Origin: Phyllosticta citribraziliensis
Lineage: Eukaryota
DNA: 64,000 nucleotides
NCBI RefSeq assembly: GCF_038025025.1
Contig: NW_027117339.1
Coordinates: forward strand, 372,001-436,000
Direction: 5' to 3'
How positions within the stretch are numbered: the first letter of the stretch is position 1; each line of letters begins with the position of its first letter. Position numbers and translations under genes: made by a program. The notes under the pieces were generated by a model. The model saw nothing but the letters and a program-made list of their open reading frames with translations. It was not told the origin of the DNA and did not search any database. Shown here piece after piece: positions 1-13,600 of the stretch.

Positions 1-2346
1 CGTCGACGACCGATGGAATAGAACGGTAGTTGTCGACCATGCTGAAGAGAATCAGCTCCTTGTTGACAAAATCGTCGTAACTGATTTTTGGAGCCCGCAT
101 GTCGAGAAATGTGCCAGGAACAAAAGTGCGCAGCCACTCCTTGCGGGCGTCGGCCTTCTTCTTGGAAAAGGCAAGCTCAAAGAGCTCGGTCTCAGCATCC
201 TTCATCGTGTGGAACTCCTTCAAGTGCCGGTCAAGATCCTGAAAGTACTCGACGGCGTCCTCAGGCCTAGAAGTACCCAATCCCTTGTAGTACTTGTGTT
301 CCCATCCTCGTTGATGAGTTGGGTCCTGCTTCCACTCTTCGTACTCGGGCATTGTGAAGAAAGACTTGAGGCCTTTGGGCTTCTTCGGGTCGCCTTTCCA
401 GACCTTGACAATTGGCGTAATAAACTCCAACAGGAAGCCCTCAATCTTGAGAAGACTGGGAAACTGAACTTGCAAGAAGTTGATCAGCAAGCCTTTGATG
501 TGACTGCCATCGTGATCCTGATCAGTCATGATCATGATGTGACCGTACCGGAGGCCTTTGGTGTCGGTGTATTCCTTCTTGTGCTGCAATCCAATGAATT
601 TCTTGATGTTTTGAATTTCTTCGTTCCTGGAGATCTGATCGATCGAGGCATCGCGGACGTTGAGCATCTTTCCACGGAGCGGGAATACACCAAAGAGATC
701 CGGATCAACCTCTGCTCGACCAGCCAGAGCAAGCAAACTGGCCGAGTCACCTTCTGTGAGGATCAAGGTACATCTGTAGCCGTCTTTGGTTCCAGCTTTG
801 TTGGCGTCTGTAAGCTTGGAGTGGTTCATGCGCGTTCGCTTGGCACCGTCGGATCTCTTGAGGACCTGGTCTGCTTTTTGCTGCGCAAAGTGAAGGATGT
901 TGTTGACAACTTCCGTCTTGGCAATGTCTTTGAGGAACTTGTCCGAGACCGTACACTTGCTTCCGAACTGACTTGACTTGGTCGTCATTTGCTCCTTGGT
1001 CTGTGATGTGAAAGCCGGGTTGACAACCTGACAGTTGACGAAGAGGAACAGGTGGTTCTTGAGATGTTGTGGCTTGAGCTGAAATCCATTCTTGTTCTTC
1101 TTCTTGATGATATCGGTGAGCTTGTTGACCACCTGATCCGCAATGTAGTTGACGTGGGTACCACCAGAGGTGGTTGCAATCGAGTTAACGAACGAGACTT
1201 GCGAAAAGGCACCGTCCGAAACAGCGAATCCAATTTCCCAACGGTCATTCGGGTTGTCGGTGAGAATGACATCCGATTCGGTTGTCGAACCCTGTTCATG
1301 TTTGATGGCCTTGGTGTACATCTTCATGTACTCCTTGAAGTTCTTGACCTTGATGCGGTCGCCGTTGAGGAAGACCTTCAGGCCTTTGGTTGTGCCGGCA
1401 ATGTCGTAGACGCGGCGTTTCGCCAGAGCCTCAAAGTCGTCGTCCATCCCATCCATGCCAAACTTCTTGAAGTCTGGCTTGAACGTTACCTTGGTGAAGG
1501 ACTCGCCCTTGTGAGCTGTGATTTTGGCCTTGCCGCACTTTCCCATGTTGTCTGTCCAGGTCTGCTTGTACTTTTGGTGCACGCGCGAGTCGGCAGTCTC
1601 GAGGGTAAACTCTGTACTGAAAATGTTACAGAGCTTTGCACCGTAACCATTGCGGCCACCCGTCACTTTTTGCTGGTCGTCATCGTAGTTGGAGGAGGTC
1701 AAGAGATGGCCGAAGATCAGCTCTGGGATGTAGATACCCTCGGTCTGGGAACATGTCAGTGCTACACTCCCGCAGTAGGTGGGATAAGTGCACGTACTCC
1801 GTGGATCTCAATGGGAATACCCTTGCCGTCGTTCCTGACGCTGATTTCTCCAGACTCCCGGTCAATGGTGACTTTTATTTCCTTCATGTTCTGGTCATTG
1901 TGCTTGTTATCGGCAGCGTTGACCAGGATTTCGTCAAAAATCTTGTACAGACCGGGGACAAAGCTGACTTCGCGGTTCTCCATGGACTCGGTCTCGGAGT
2001 TGAAGACCCACATGTGCTTCGAGTCTCTCTCTACTGATCCGATGTAGGTGTCGGGTCTCTTGATGATGTGCTCGAGCTGAGTGAGCTTCTGGTACTTGTC
2101 GGTGGCATTGGCCGGGGCCTTTGCAGGCTTCCTGGCTGGTATATCGGGTTGGGAATCTCCGCTATCTTCATCGTAGTGGCCGTCTAGAGCTGAGCTTTCG
2201 TTCACGATAGGTCTCAGTGGTTTCTTCGCCGTGGGTTTCTTTGGCGCGGGGGCCTTCTTGGCAGGCGCCGCCTTTTTGGTTTTGGGCGCCGCCTCAAACT
2301 CGGAGCTCATGTCTTCGTTGAAGACCGACTCCTCGTCGGAGGACAT
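1..2346 (-). CDS. top2: DNA topoisomerase II (5' part; runs off the window start). Intron 1745-1797
   Basis: Exon 1 encodes YQKLTQLEHIIKRPDTYIGS and PGLYKIFDEILVNAADNK. A GTACGT..ACTGAC..CAG intron rejoins to TEGIYIPELIFGHLLTSSNYDD..TGGRNGYGAKLCNIFS, the GHKL ATPase motifs of eukaryotic Top2. Confidence 0.98.
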
Positions 2347-3816
2347 GATGGCGGTCGGTTTCGAAGGAGATCAACGAGAGCGAGAGCGAAGCGAGCGGGC
2401 GCGGGAGAGCGCCAACTGCGGTGAGCTGTGACACTCTGCCGGGACTCAGAGTGGGTGGTGGAGGAGCAAAGAGGTGCGGTGGAAAAGCGAGGCGATATGG
2501 AGACCGAGCGCACCTTGACGGGACGGCCGGGTGTTGTTTGGAAAGGTCGCAGCGTAAGGTTGTGAAAGAGGGCGGTTGAGGTGGGTCAATGTTTGTTTAC
2601 CGCTACGCACCGCGACGGCAGAATCGCCAAAGTCGGGCGGTCAACCGCGTGTTGCTCCGTGGTGGGTCCCAGGCACGTGAGTTCCGCAATCGGTTCTGCC
2701 CAACACCTCGAAGCCAAGGCACAACTCTCTGACTTTGCTCCGCTGTTTTTCGGGGCTGGCTGAGTCGTGCAAATTCACTTTCACAGCTAGTATACTTTTG
2801 GTAAACCACCGACTCGCCAATTTGGCGAAGGCGACCTCGATTTGCCTCGCAACACCTCTATAACTATTTACGCCCTTCAGGATAAGGAGTAGAGATTTGA
2901 CAATACTTTTGAAGGCTGACCATAGATGCCCCAGTAGCAGAAGTCCTCTACTCCAAAGCCTCCACGGTGAACAACAGCTGATCAGGTTTCCAAGCCCCAA
3001 GGTGCTGGCTGCCATGATCCAATCAGAGAGCAGCTATGCACGAGCTACCTAGGCTTCGCGTCAAGTGAGTCGTGGCACCACGGAGTACAAGGGACTTCAT
3101 GTTCTCAACAGAGCGCTGGGAAGAATTACTGAAGCTGCTTTGAGCCGGAATACCCAGCAGCGTTCAAGCACCGTCGGAGGATAGTATTCGAATCGGTCAA
3201 ATGGTCATGTGCGCTACGACGTTTGCTACCAAGCCTCAAGTCTTTCATGCATAGTGCACTTTGAAGTGGAGCAACATGACCCTCGACCTTGAAAGATCTA
3301 CTGCCCGGGCACAGCGTGCTGGCCGGCTTTGTACTCAATGTTGCAACCACAAGGCATACAATGAGGCTTTTGTTCCAGGTTTAGCGTCAGAATGGATGCG
3401 CGCAAAGCGCATGTGTAAAGGGATGACCTTCCTTTTCAGGATTCTGATTAGCGGCCACGGGAAGCTCCTAGACTCAAGCGATTGACCGTCAAAAGCGTGC
3501 GTATCTTGTTACTTGAAGCTAGACGCAGCGCTAATGCGTGACAGCGCGTGGCAGATGGAGTCGATGACAAAGCAAGACCGAGTGGCCTGCAGTTTTCGGG
3601 ACGGCTTTTGAAGAGGTTGAGTCTCACCTTTCATGAAACATGGTGTCAACGATTCTCAGAGCTGACTTTTAGACTATCAGACACGTGGGGGCCATTGGAT
3701 CAGTTTGGTTCAGAGTCAATCAAGAGGATTGGTCCAGTTGGGTGATCCGCAACGTGATGGGTGGATGTCGTCGGCCTGCCCGTTGTCGCGTGTTTGTCGA
3801 AATTTCCACACGACAC

Positions 3817-5076
3817 TCAACTCTCGGCATCCGCAAGAAATTGTTCCGCAGCTTCTTTTAGATGCCCGCCGTTGCTCTTGACGCTCGTAAACATGGTCTT
3901 GGCGATGGCTACCTGTTCTTGTCGAGCCGTCTCGTCGCGCTCCATCCCCTGGCCGGGGAGCGAGACGTCATGGTTTGACGCATTCTCGTCATCATCACCA
4001 GCAAGGCCATCTCTCAACAAGTCGCTGATCCAGACTGCCGTCATGCCTCGAAGCTGAAGCAAGTCGACGTCTTTATCGTAGGGTGGACTTGTCATGAGCT
4101 CATCAAGACGTGAAGCAATCTCTTGTGCTTTCCTCAGCTCGTTGACTCGAATGGCTGCAAGCTTTGCCTCGCGCTTCCTCGACTGCCTCGCGAAGCCGTC
4201 TTCGCTTCTCGATTCAATCTCAGAATCATGGTCAGATTGGTCAAGGTCCTCATTTTCCAACTCCTCTTTTGCGAGGCTCGCTTCTTGGGAGACTTGGTAG
4301 ATCCAAAGGCTGAACATGGCTGGATAAAAGGTGAGCGCATTGGTTACGTGCGGGGCGCTTTGTTGAAACGGATACTGCACGATGATACGCTCGTAGTAGT
4401 CGCGCGCCGCCTGGAAACCTTGCTCAGAGAATATTTCGTGCCTCGGGCTTTCCACAGACTGGTTGGAGTCGTCGTCGACGCGATTCGCACGCAGGAGGAC
4501 TTCTGCGCCAATGGCCCATCGCGCATGCTTTCTAATGTCCAGTGTCATGTTCCTAGATTCGCCTCTCAGAATCATGCCCCAGGCGCGGCCGGCGCGCTGG
4601 TAATCGCCCTTGAGCAAGCAGTGATGCATGACGGTGGTAAGGACGCCCAAGTGATGTTGCCTAAAGCTGGTGGTCCTTTGAGTAAAGTCCTCGGTGATGC
4701 GCGCAGACCGTGAGAGGCCAGGAGCGAAGAGGGGAGGCTTGAGGTTGGCGAGCTTTTGCTGGATCTCAGACGAGAAGAGTTTCGGCGCGGTGACGTTTGT
4801 TGGAGCATGTGGGAACGGGTCCAGGGGCAGCTCAAAATCGGGATCATGACCGGCGGTACGAAATTGGCGGGCATCTGCGGCTGAGAGGGTGGAGATGGCG
4901 GGAGTGGCTCTGGTGGAAGATTCTGGGCTGGGGTCACGGCCTTTGTCGGAATCTTGATTGTCGCTGTCGCCGTCGCTGTCATGGTCGTCTAGGCGCTGTC
5001 GCTTGCGGGGCGGGGCGTGTCGGCGGGCACGCAGGCTTTGTGTAGGCTTCATGGGCTGGGCGAAATAATGAGCCAT
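3817..5076 (-). CDS. rrn11: RNA polymerase I core factor subunit Rrn11-like protein
   Basis: Single long ORF, first ATG at 5076 (MAHYFAQP). The segment RQHHLGVLTTVMHHCLLKGDYQRAGRAWGMILRG..DIR...W.IGAEVL resembles the conserved Rrn11 N-terminal helical motif as I recall it. Confidence 0.7.
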   Translation of the reverse strand: MAHYFAQPMKPTQSLRARRHAPPRKRQRLDDHDSDGDSDNQDSDKGRDPSPESSTRATPAISTLSAADARQFRTAGHDPDFELPLDPFPHAPTNVTAPKLFSSEIQQKLANLKPPLFAPGLSRSARITEDFTQRTTSFRQHHLGVLTTVMHHCLLKGDYQRAGRAWGMILRGESRNMTLDIRKHARWAIGAEVLLRANRVDDDSNQSVESPRHEIFSEQGFQAARDYYERIIVQYPFQQSAPHVTNALTFYPAMFSLWIYQVSQEASLAKEELENEDLDQSDHDSEIESRSEDGFARQSRKREAKLAAIRVNELRKAQEIASRLDELMTSPPYDKDVDLLQLRGMTAVWISDLLRDGLAGDDDENASNHDVSLPGQGMERDETARQEQVAIAKTMFTSVKSNGGHLKEAAEQFLADAES

Positions 5077-5437
5077 GATTGAGAGCGGGCGGAGGTGGCT
5101 GGCGATGTCGGTGGATGGATGGGATGGGATGGCAGACAAGAGCGGTGCGGAGGTGCGCAGTGCAGTTTGAGTAAGGTGAGTAGTTGGCCTGAAGCAGGGG
5201 TGCAATCGTCATGCGCTACGGTAGGTAGGCTAGCAACTGACGGCAAGTCAGCAACCAAGTTGCTGTTGGCCAGCGCCATCACCGCCGCCGCGTCGCGGCC
5301 TCGTCCTCCACAACCAACATCCACAACACCTCGTCTCAACCCGGCCCAACCAACACATCTCCCTCCTCTGCCGACATTCTCTCGACTCGCCACTCTTTGC
5401 CGCTCACTGCACCGGCTCCAGGCCGCACTCCGACACC

Positions 5438-7601
5438 ATGGGCCAGAGTAGCTCGCGAGGCGCTGCCCAGCCCTCCGGCTCCTCGCCCTCGTCACCACGC
5501 TCCTCCTCGTCTCGCCGTCGCCATGCGCCCTCGCCCTCGGAATCACAGCCTCCCTCTCGCTCCTCTCGCCGCAGCTTGAACTTGTTGACCCGCCTGCACT
5601 CGGACCGTTCAGATGCCACCTCGACGACACCTGTCAACGGCCTCGCCCGCCACCGTCAGAGGTTAAGCCGCGCTCACTCTTCCATATCCAGCATCCTCTC
5701 TCGCTCTGGGTCCTCCTCTCGTTCTCGCGACCGACCTGAACGGAATAGCACCTCTAGATTCTCCACACCCGTCTGGAACACCACACCTTCGTCGGATGTC
5801 GTCCAAGCCCCCAGCTCGCCAGCTCCCAGGCTACACCCTCCGGAGCTGGCGTCTCTGGACTTCGACGACTTTACTGAATCTTTTGAGAACGAGTCGCCTG
5901 CCACTCCCCAAGTTCAAGAGCACCAAGACAACAATGACACGCCGAGCAACTGGCAGAGACCGACTAGCCTCCTTGATCGCATGGCTGGCATCGGAGTCCC
6001 CGAGAGGGCCAGTGGACGAGTCAGGAATTCACTGAGGCGCAGGAGATCGCCTCTGCGCAGTGGCGAGGACAATGCAGCAATGCTCTCGCGTCTATTGTCC
6101 GTTGCTGCAGCTGCCACGGCCGCCACGCTGATGGGTGAGGAGCACAGAGCTGGCGCTGAGGCCCGAAACTTTGTTGGCGGAGACGAGGACGGAACTTTTG
6201 ACGGCTTTCTCCAGTCGCTTCAAAATGGCCGGATTGCATCCGCGCTTAGGGGAAACACCGCTGGCATCGACGAGGAATCGGACACCTCAGGCTCTCCGGC
6301 CCCCTTGAACTTCTTCCGCATGTTCAGGTTCGGCAACACTAGGAGAGAAAATATTTCGACTAGGTCTTCCGACAGTCAAGACGGATCAGGAGAATCACCT
6401 GAAACGCAGCGCGCAGGTGAGGATGGTGGGGAAGGTCGCATGGTCCCGATCATAATTGTTGGCATCCGATCGATTACCCCAAGCACGGGGGGCGGCGCCC
6501 AACATGATGACAATATACCACCGTTCCTAGATGCTCTCTCCAGCTTTCCTGCTCCCATCACGTCAGGGACCGAGCCCAGCATCGATGGCATCCTACGTCA
6601 GCCACAGAATGGAACCAGGTTCAGTCACCGGCGTCGAGCTTCCATGGGAGGCATCAACACCTATGAAAGCCAGAGGCACCAACGTACTTCTGACCGCCCT
6701 AGACCCTTCTCTAGCCTTGACACGCCCCCTGGACCGCGACCTCCCCCATCTACTCCCTCGGGTTTGTCCGCCTTTTCCTCTGGGGAATCAACACCTTCCT
6801 TCACGCCGTTGTCCGATACCCCTGTAGGCCAGTCGACGGAATCCTCGCGCCGTGAGAGTCTCGCACGAGTCCCAACCGCAGTTGGCTCGGCGATTGATCC
6901 GCCTGCGGAGCCGAGATCCCTCCACCAATTCAGAAGACAGCGCCGTCTCAGCGAGTCGGACCACACCAGGTTCGGCGCAGGCTCATCGAGGCGCAACGGT
7001 GTTGTGGAACCAGATCATGCTCCTGGAGAGGGACCGCGGAGCTGGATCATCTATGTCCTTGGTGGCAGCTATCCGGAGAACCACCCAATTCTTACCACGC
7101 CAAGTCTCTTCACAGATACTCCCACTTACGAGGACATGATGCTCCTATCCACACTGTTAGGACCCGCAAAGCCTCCTGTTGCTAGCGAAACCGATGTAGC
7201 ATCCGCTGGTGGGGTCTACACTATTCAGGAGGCGCCGTCCACGGCCGAGGGGGAATCTCAAGGGCTGGTTGCATCATCTGGGGATGGACAGAAGGTGATC
7301 ACCATTGCAGCTGACCAACGTTGCCTCGTCTGCTTAAGCGAGTACGAGTTGGACGAGGAGGCGCGGAAGTTAGTCCAGTGCGGACACCTTTTCCATCGGG
7401 AATGTATTGATCAGGTAGGTCGGGCTCATTCCTGTGTCCTGATATAGATTTGCTAACATTACCCCAAAGTGGCTCACCACCGGGCGCAATTCCTGTCCGC
7501 TCTGCAGAGGCCAGGGAGTCGAGGAACACGAGAAACGGAGCAACCAACCTGCCTCACCAAGCACCGAGACGCCGGCTTCGCCCACGCCAGCTGTAGCTTA
7601 G
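5438..7601 (+). CDS. RING-H2 E3 ubiquitin ligase with long disordered N-terminus. Intron 7415-7469
   Basis: CLVCLSEY..LVQCGHLFHRECIDQ|WLTTGRNSCPLCR is completed across a GTAGGT..GCTAAC..AAG intron. Stop TAG at 7599-7601. A conserved-looking block WIIYVLGGSYPENHPILTTPSLFTDTPTYEDM precedes the RING. Confidence 0.93.
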
Positions 7602-10600
7602 CCGGGTGCGCGTCCAAGGCTCTGCGAATTTGCCTTTGTCATGCCCGAAAAGGTCACCGTTTCAGACCACGAGCCATCTCCGCTCCATGACTCCGAACAC
7701 CCTGCCCGCCTCGAATGGCAGTTTCTCTGGCTTGCCCTCAGGCCCTACGTTCTCGCAAAAGCGCCACCGCTCTTGTCACAGTCCCCTTGTGCACTCTCAA
7801 GTGCGTTCCACGAAACATTACATCTGGAGACTTGGTTGTCCCGGTTGATTTTACAGCATCCATGGCTTCACTTTACGTTTCCCATATTCAAAACTCTCGG
7901 TCATAACCAGCACTCTTCCTGTTTCTCGATTTCGTTGTCCAAAGCAAGCGCTTCTTCATTTTGGGCGGATGCTTCTGATGGTAAATGTTTCTCACTCAAA
8001 GCGACAAGTCGGACATAATGAGTCTTTTTCTTCTTTTTTACACCAGGTCAGGGAAATGGGAGCGAACGGCGTTTATTTCGGATAACGACCCTCCCCAGTT
8101 CTTCCAAAGGCATATGGTGTCCTGGAGGAGCTGGCTGGAGGTTGGTCTTTGGGGGATCTGGGAGGAACACATGATACGGCTGCCTTTGTTTTCGATTTTA
8201 CCCCGTTTTTTCGACGTCTCTGTCACTGCACATGGGGAATGGTTTTTCGCGATCTTTTCTTTTTCTTTTTTGTCTCCCCCTCCTCATAGCGGCACGATGG
8301 ATGATGTCTGTGCTTGGGCTTTTGCCCCTACCCCCTCCCAAGCTTGTCATTTTTCGCTTTCTTACCCTCTACCCCCCCTTCATACGTCATGAATTCAGCA
8401 AGCGCTTCTTTTCATGACATGCCCCGTTCTCAATCCAGTCGAGGGAAGCTGTGTTCAATCAAAGGAATCATCTGCCTCTCCATTGTCGTTGCTTTGCAAG
8501 TCAGCCAAGTTACCTTGCTCTTCATCTCTTCATCCCCGGATTTGCAGCACCAGCAAGCACGCAGCTCCAATGCGCACACGAGGTCAACGGCCGGTCACAA
8601 GCACAGCTTTTCTCTTTCGCAAATGTCGGTTCTTCTCTTGTCTGCTCTGCTTTGCACCACCAATTTGTCCGGTCTGCCCTATATGTCCTGTCCCTTTGCC
8701 ATTCAAGCAAATTCGTTTGCAACCTGTGTCGAATCATCTGGAGCAAGAGCCCGAGCATGGTATACATCCTGCCTCCTGTCTATCCCCTCCGCTTTTGTTT
8801 CTGTTCATGTTGTCTCTTTTCTCTATCACACATATACATGTATGTACCTACCATCTAAGCCCCCCTCCCCCCCATCCCATCGGCTGCTGCTGCGTAGGCA
8901 GAGATAGAGTAATATGATGATCCTACTCCTACCACTTCAAGACATGCTGTTCCTGATTGTGCTAGGCGGGCAAGCTCGCTCGGTGGTGCGAGGCGTCATT
9001 GAGCTGTCAAGCGGAAGGCGCGTCGGTACGTTGGACAGTGTTTCAGGTTGTTGGAGGGCTGGCTACGGCCGTGGCACAGGGCGACGAAACAGGATGGTGG
9101 AGAGTTGGCGGGGAGCTGGCGGGGACATCTCTGGTACGTGCATACGGTACGTTGTAGGTGTCTTGCCCACGGTCCGGTGGTGCTGCTTGCTGCGGTTGCT
9201 TCTTGGGCGTTAACGAAAGACAGGACTCAAAGCAGCACCGGCGAACTACCAGCGACGAAGATAGAGGGACGCCCCGGGCACATCCCCTCCCCTCTTGCGC
9301 TGCTGTAGTTTGTGGTGCCGCGCTCGTTCTGCCGCGCCAATCAATTGCGTCTTGGCTGGGTACGCGCCTCTCTTGAAGGACCGGACCGTCCAGGACCTGT
9401 TTCGAGATGCCCGGATAGCCCTCCTTGTGCCCGCTGAATGGTTCCACGAAGCCTTTCTGCGCCGAGTTTTTGCAGATCGACAGGTGCGACTGCAACGGGA
9501 CGGTCAGGGCTGCAGATGTCGGCAGGTTGGCGTTTTTTTGTCACACAGGTTTCGGGGTACATGGCAGTAGGTGGGTGGGTGGATGGATGGAGATAACGGC
9601 AGTGGTAGCTGCGCGTTGGGTTTTCCTGCGGTAATAAGCGATGTCTAGCCGCTTGGGTTCTAGCATTGTGCGTATGTGTCAGGAGCTGCCGGTCTCTTTG
9701 ACCTGAAGCATCGTGGGCGACGGGTACCTTGGGAATGGTGTTGAGATCGCCGACGACGGTGTGGTGGTGCAACTGCAGGCGCTCGGCTTCCGTCAACGAC
9801 CGCAGCGGTTGGTTCTCAAGTCTCTGTTGTGTCTCCAATCTCAGACCGTCGTAATCATTAACACCGTAGTATTTAATTTAGATCTCTTGGGAAAGGCGGA
9901 CGTACAACCAAGCCAAGGTAAATCATCGACGCCTCAGCGCCTTGATTTCTTCAGATGATGCCACGGACTTTTCCGCCGTGCGGCCAATCACAATATCAAA
10001 GGACCGAGGCGATTGGCGTCAAAAATATCCATTCGTGTACGCATTTCCCAATAAACCAAATCTGCTGATAGTTGCTTTGGCGCAGGCCAGGGCATCCATG
10101 GATGCGCATATCTGCACGCCCGTTGCTCGTCCGCAGTGGTTGCGTCATCGAATAGGGTTTGGCAACAGGATGCTTGCGCATACGAGCGCAGCATATTGCG
10201 TTGGTCCAGTCAGTGAAGTACCTTTGTACCTGCCGGTCTACATTGTTGGATGCGACGGCGCAGAGGTCCACAAACGACGACAGAATCCGAGTACGGCGGG
10301 TGGAAGCGTGCAGAGACGACGCCCTCTCGGGCCTAGCGGCCGGTCCCCGAGTTTCAGATTCTCGACCGCGCTTCGTCCTGGGCACTGCCGTCTCCGTTGT
10401 CTGTGTACCTCTTGCGCGCTGTGTCGTCCTCTGCCTAGAATTCATTGCGCTTGTGTACCTTGGTGTTGCGTGCTTTGTTCACCCCTTTGTCTCTGTCTGT
10501 TTCCTGATCGAGTCGCCTGCAAACCATGAAAGGAAGGTTCTTTGTCTGCTCTGCGCTGGCCTTGGCTTGGCTCTTCTACAAACCAGGACATTGATCCCGC

Positions 10601-13600
10601 TGTCTTCCAACTTTTCTGGCTAAAATGGCAATATTCTGGAACGGCCGATAACTATGGGAGCGGGAGCGGATGCGGAGCGGGCGGCGGAGCAGCGGAAACG
10701 CGATATACTCTACAGTGGCGGCTTGGTTCCTGGGATAAGGCTGTAGCGGCTAATGATTAGTTGTGGGCTTCATTTGAAAGTACGGTGCTGACTGTGCAAA
10801 GGGCAGTTGACGGCGACAATTTCCGATGGCTGTCGAAGTTGAGCAGAGCAGGGCAATTCGCAACGAGCAAGGAAATAATGCGGCGATAGATTGAACTGCA
10901 GCTCTGGTGGGACAAGAAGGGTGATGATGAACGAGCAGCGCCGTGGTGGATAAGAGATGACCTCCAGTATGGAAAGAGGACGGTAGCAAGGTGACAATGT
11001 AAGCGATGAGTGGTAGTTTGCTTACTGGCCTCAGACATACGAGTTGCTGCAGCACTAGCCAGGAAAAAGATGGGAGAAGTTGAAGAAGATGGAGAGAGAA
11101 GACAGCAGACAGCCGCCCGAGATCGTCGACGGCGGGTGTCTTCCCAATTTGAGCATTACATCAGCGTCACCTCCGCGATACATTTTCTGGCCGGGCCCGC
11201 AGAGCGCAAGCCACAGCGTATTTCGCAACTACCCGTATCCCTCCCCTTGTCGCCCGTCATATGTCGTCCGGCGAGAATAGCGCGGAAAAGACATCACCCT
11301 TAAAACGAGGCACAAGCGCCGCTTGCGCAACTCCAAAGCCTCAGGCCGACAGCGAGTTTCCACCCAGATCTATCTGGGCATACGTGCGTACCGCAGAGCA
11401 CGCTGGGTCACGACTCGAGCTCCTCAAACTGCTTACCCTCCAGCGCTTGGATGCTTGCCACTGCCATCATTGTCGTCGGCCCACTTGTCACAAGTACCTT
11501 CTCCTTGCGCTTCACCCCTCCAAACTTGCCCCAGGTGCCTCGCGACAGAAGTACCACATACCGAGATAACAGTACCTACGAATGGACAATCCAAGGGCGA
11601 CCCACGGACGGACAAAACTACAGACGCCAGCAACCCACCCCTTGTGCCCTCCAATCCACCTCGCTGCCCCTGTCCACCGCGTGCAAGCAGGCAAGCAAGC
11701 AAACCCTCGTCCCAGAAGCCCACAATCCATCCATCATTCACCCCCTCCACTCATCACTGTCAGGTACTAGCATCCATCCCTCCCTGCCCGTCCAAGGCAC
11801 GCAACGCCTCCCCAAGTTCCACCGCCCGCCTAGACTGGCCGCCCGTCCTTTCCCCTCGACACCCACACGCCTCAGCAACAGCCCATCTGTGTTCGACTCG
11901 ACCATACTTTCCGTCGGCCCGGGCCGATCTACGCGCAGCAAGCAGCAGCGGCGGCGGCGGCGGCGGCGGCGCAGAGCATGTAATCTTGCTCTGAGTCTGC
12001 GTCTGTCCAGCCCGCAGACGGCACCGGGAAGCCAGGGTAGCCGATAGAGAGAGAGTTTTGAACGACGAGGCATGCCTGCCTGCGTGCACAGATGACGTTG
12101 GGCGGTGTTGGCGGGCTTAGGTGGGAAGGAGGGAGGGGAAAATCGAGAAAAGGCCAGCCAACCAGCCAGCCAGCCATCCGGCCACTCGACCACGCCTTGC
12201 TTGGAATGCCCCCCGCCATAGGTTGAATGACCGGAAGATGTCGTTTTCGCAATGGCGGTGACTGCTGTGACTGTGGCCCAAACCATGCGTGCAAGCAAAC
12301 GGTCAGGGCCGTCGACCTAACCTAGCCGCTGGCCGTCTGGCAGCGGCGCTGCAACGGCGGAGCGCGGTGGCCGGGCGGCCATCGTCCAGGTACCACCGGC
12401 CAACGAAGTTCCCCCGTTGCGGTGACGGTGTCCCAGAGGTTTGACAGCGATGTCGTGGTGAAGCTGCTCTCCATTTGATCCCTCGATCGCGGCGTTGCTG
12501 CGCTGTAGATAGGCTTCCTTTGGCGCCCGGGATTCCTAATCCGCTAGCTTTGCGCCCCAGCGATCGATTGAGTTGTCCCGGTACTTCGCGTACGAGTACG
12601 ATATCTGTGACGAGGGAACTTGATGCGTTGGAAGATGGTGTCGGGGACGTGGACGATAGTCAAGATCTATATATGTGTGTGGAATAGTGAGGGGAGTGTG
12701 TATATGGTAGACGGCGAGCAAGGCGTCGTTGAGGAAGGCAAGGCTCAGGGTGTCGGTGGAGGCTTCGAGCGCAAGGCTTGTCTCGCGGATCGTGGGATTC
12801 TGAGCGTGGTGTTCAAGCTGGCCGGTTGGTGGTAGCACTTTGCGCGGCTCCTTTGATCTCCAATGGCGTTGAAAGGGGTATCTTCAACGGCTTGCTCTTC
12901 AGTGATGATTCCGACCGCTGTGACGGCTTCTTCCAACACTCCTCACAGCATCATTTGCTTGTTGTGTCTATCTCAGCACCTCTCCTCGACATTGTAGCCG
13001 CCTTTTTGTTCCCCGCGATGTATTTGATGTTCAGGCCAATGTGGCTTCCTCACTTCGTCCTTTTCCTGTCCCCAAGGGCTAAAACGAAAGGGTTCTACCA
13101 GTTGCCGACTCTTCCGCTTCAAGCCGTGGGTTGTAGCTTGTCAAGCGCTTGATTGTCGAATGTTCTACCTTCTGTAGCCCTTGTATGTACCCCCTGTCAC
13201 CCCTAAGCAAGTCCTGCTGTAGTGCCTCTCGAGAAGTGATGCAATGCAGACATACTGTACGTCGGTCGATGTTGGAAAAGGCTAGGCGGGAGCGGCCCGA
13301 GGTCTAGGACGGGATGGACGGGATGGGTAAACGACAGGAACTGGGCTCGGTCGCGCGCCTTGATGGCATGCTGGGTGGTCGAAAATCTTCCAATGCAGAT
13401 GAGCTGTCCCGCTGAGGATGCTTGAGAGGTTGGGAAAACAAGTAAAGATTAGGATATGAGCTGTCTAGCGGTGGCTGCTATACGGATAGATCCTTTGATG
13501 CCGCAGATACGAGAGGGATGGTGCAAGGCTCATGTGGATCTGCTGCCGGTTGAGTTGGCACTGTGTGTGGCGATGTGGAATTGATAGCGAGTTCCACGAC

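Noticed and set aside
209..2047. Long plus-strand ORFs (255 and 331 aa)
   Set aside because: Antisense shadows of top2 produced by codon bias. They have non-ATG starts and no motifs.
8914..8956. ATGATGA...CTGA resembling snoRNA boxes C and D
   Set aside because: The span is only about 43 nt, with no terminal stem and no recognisable rRNA guide.
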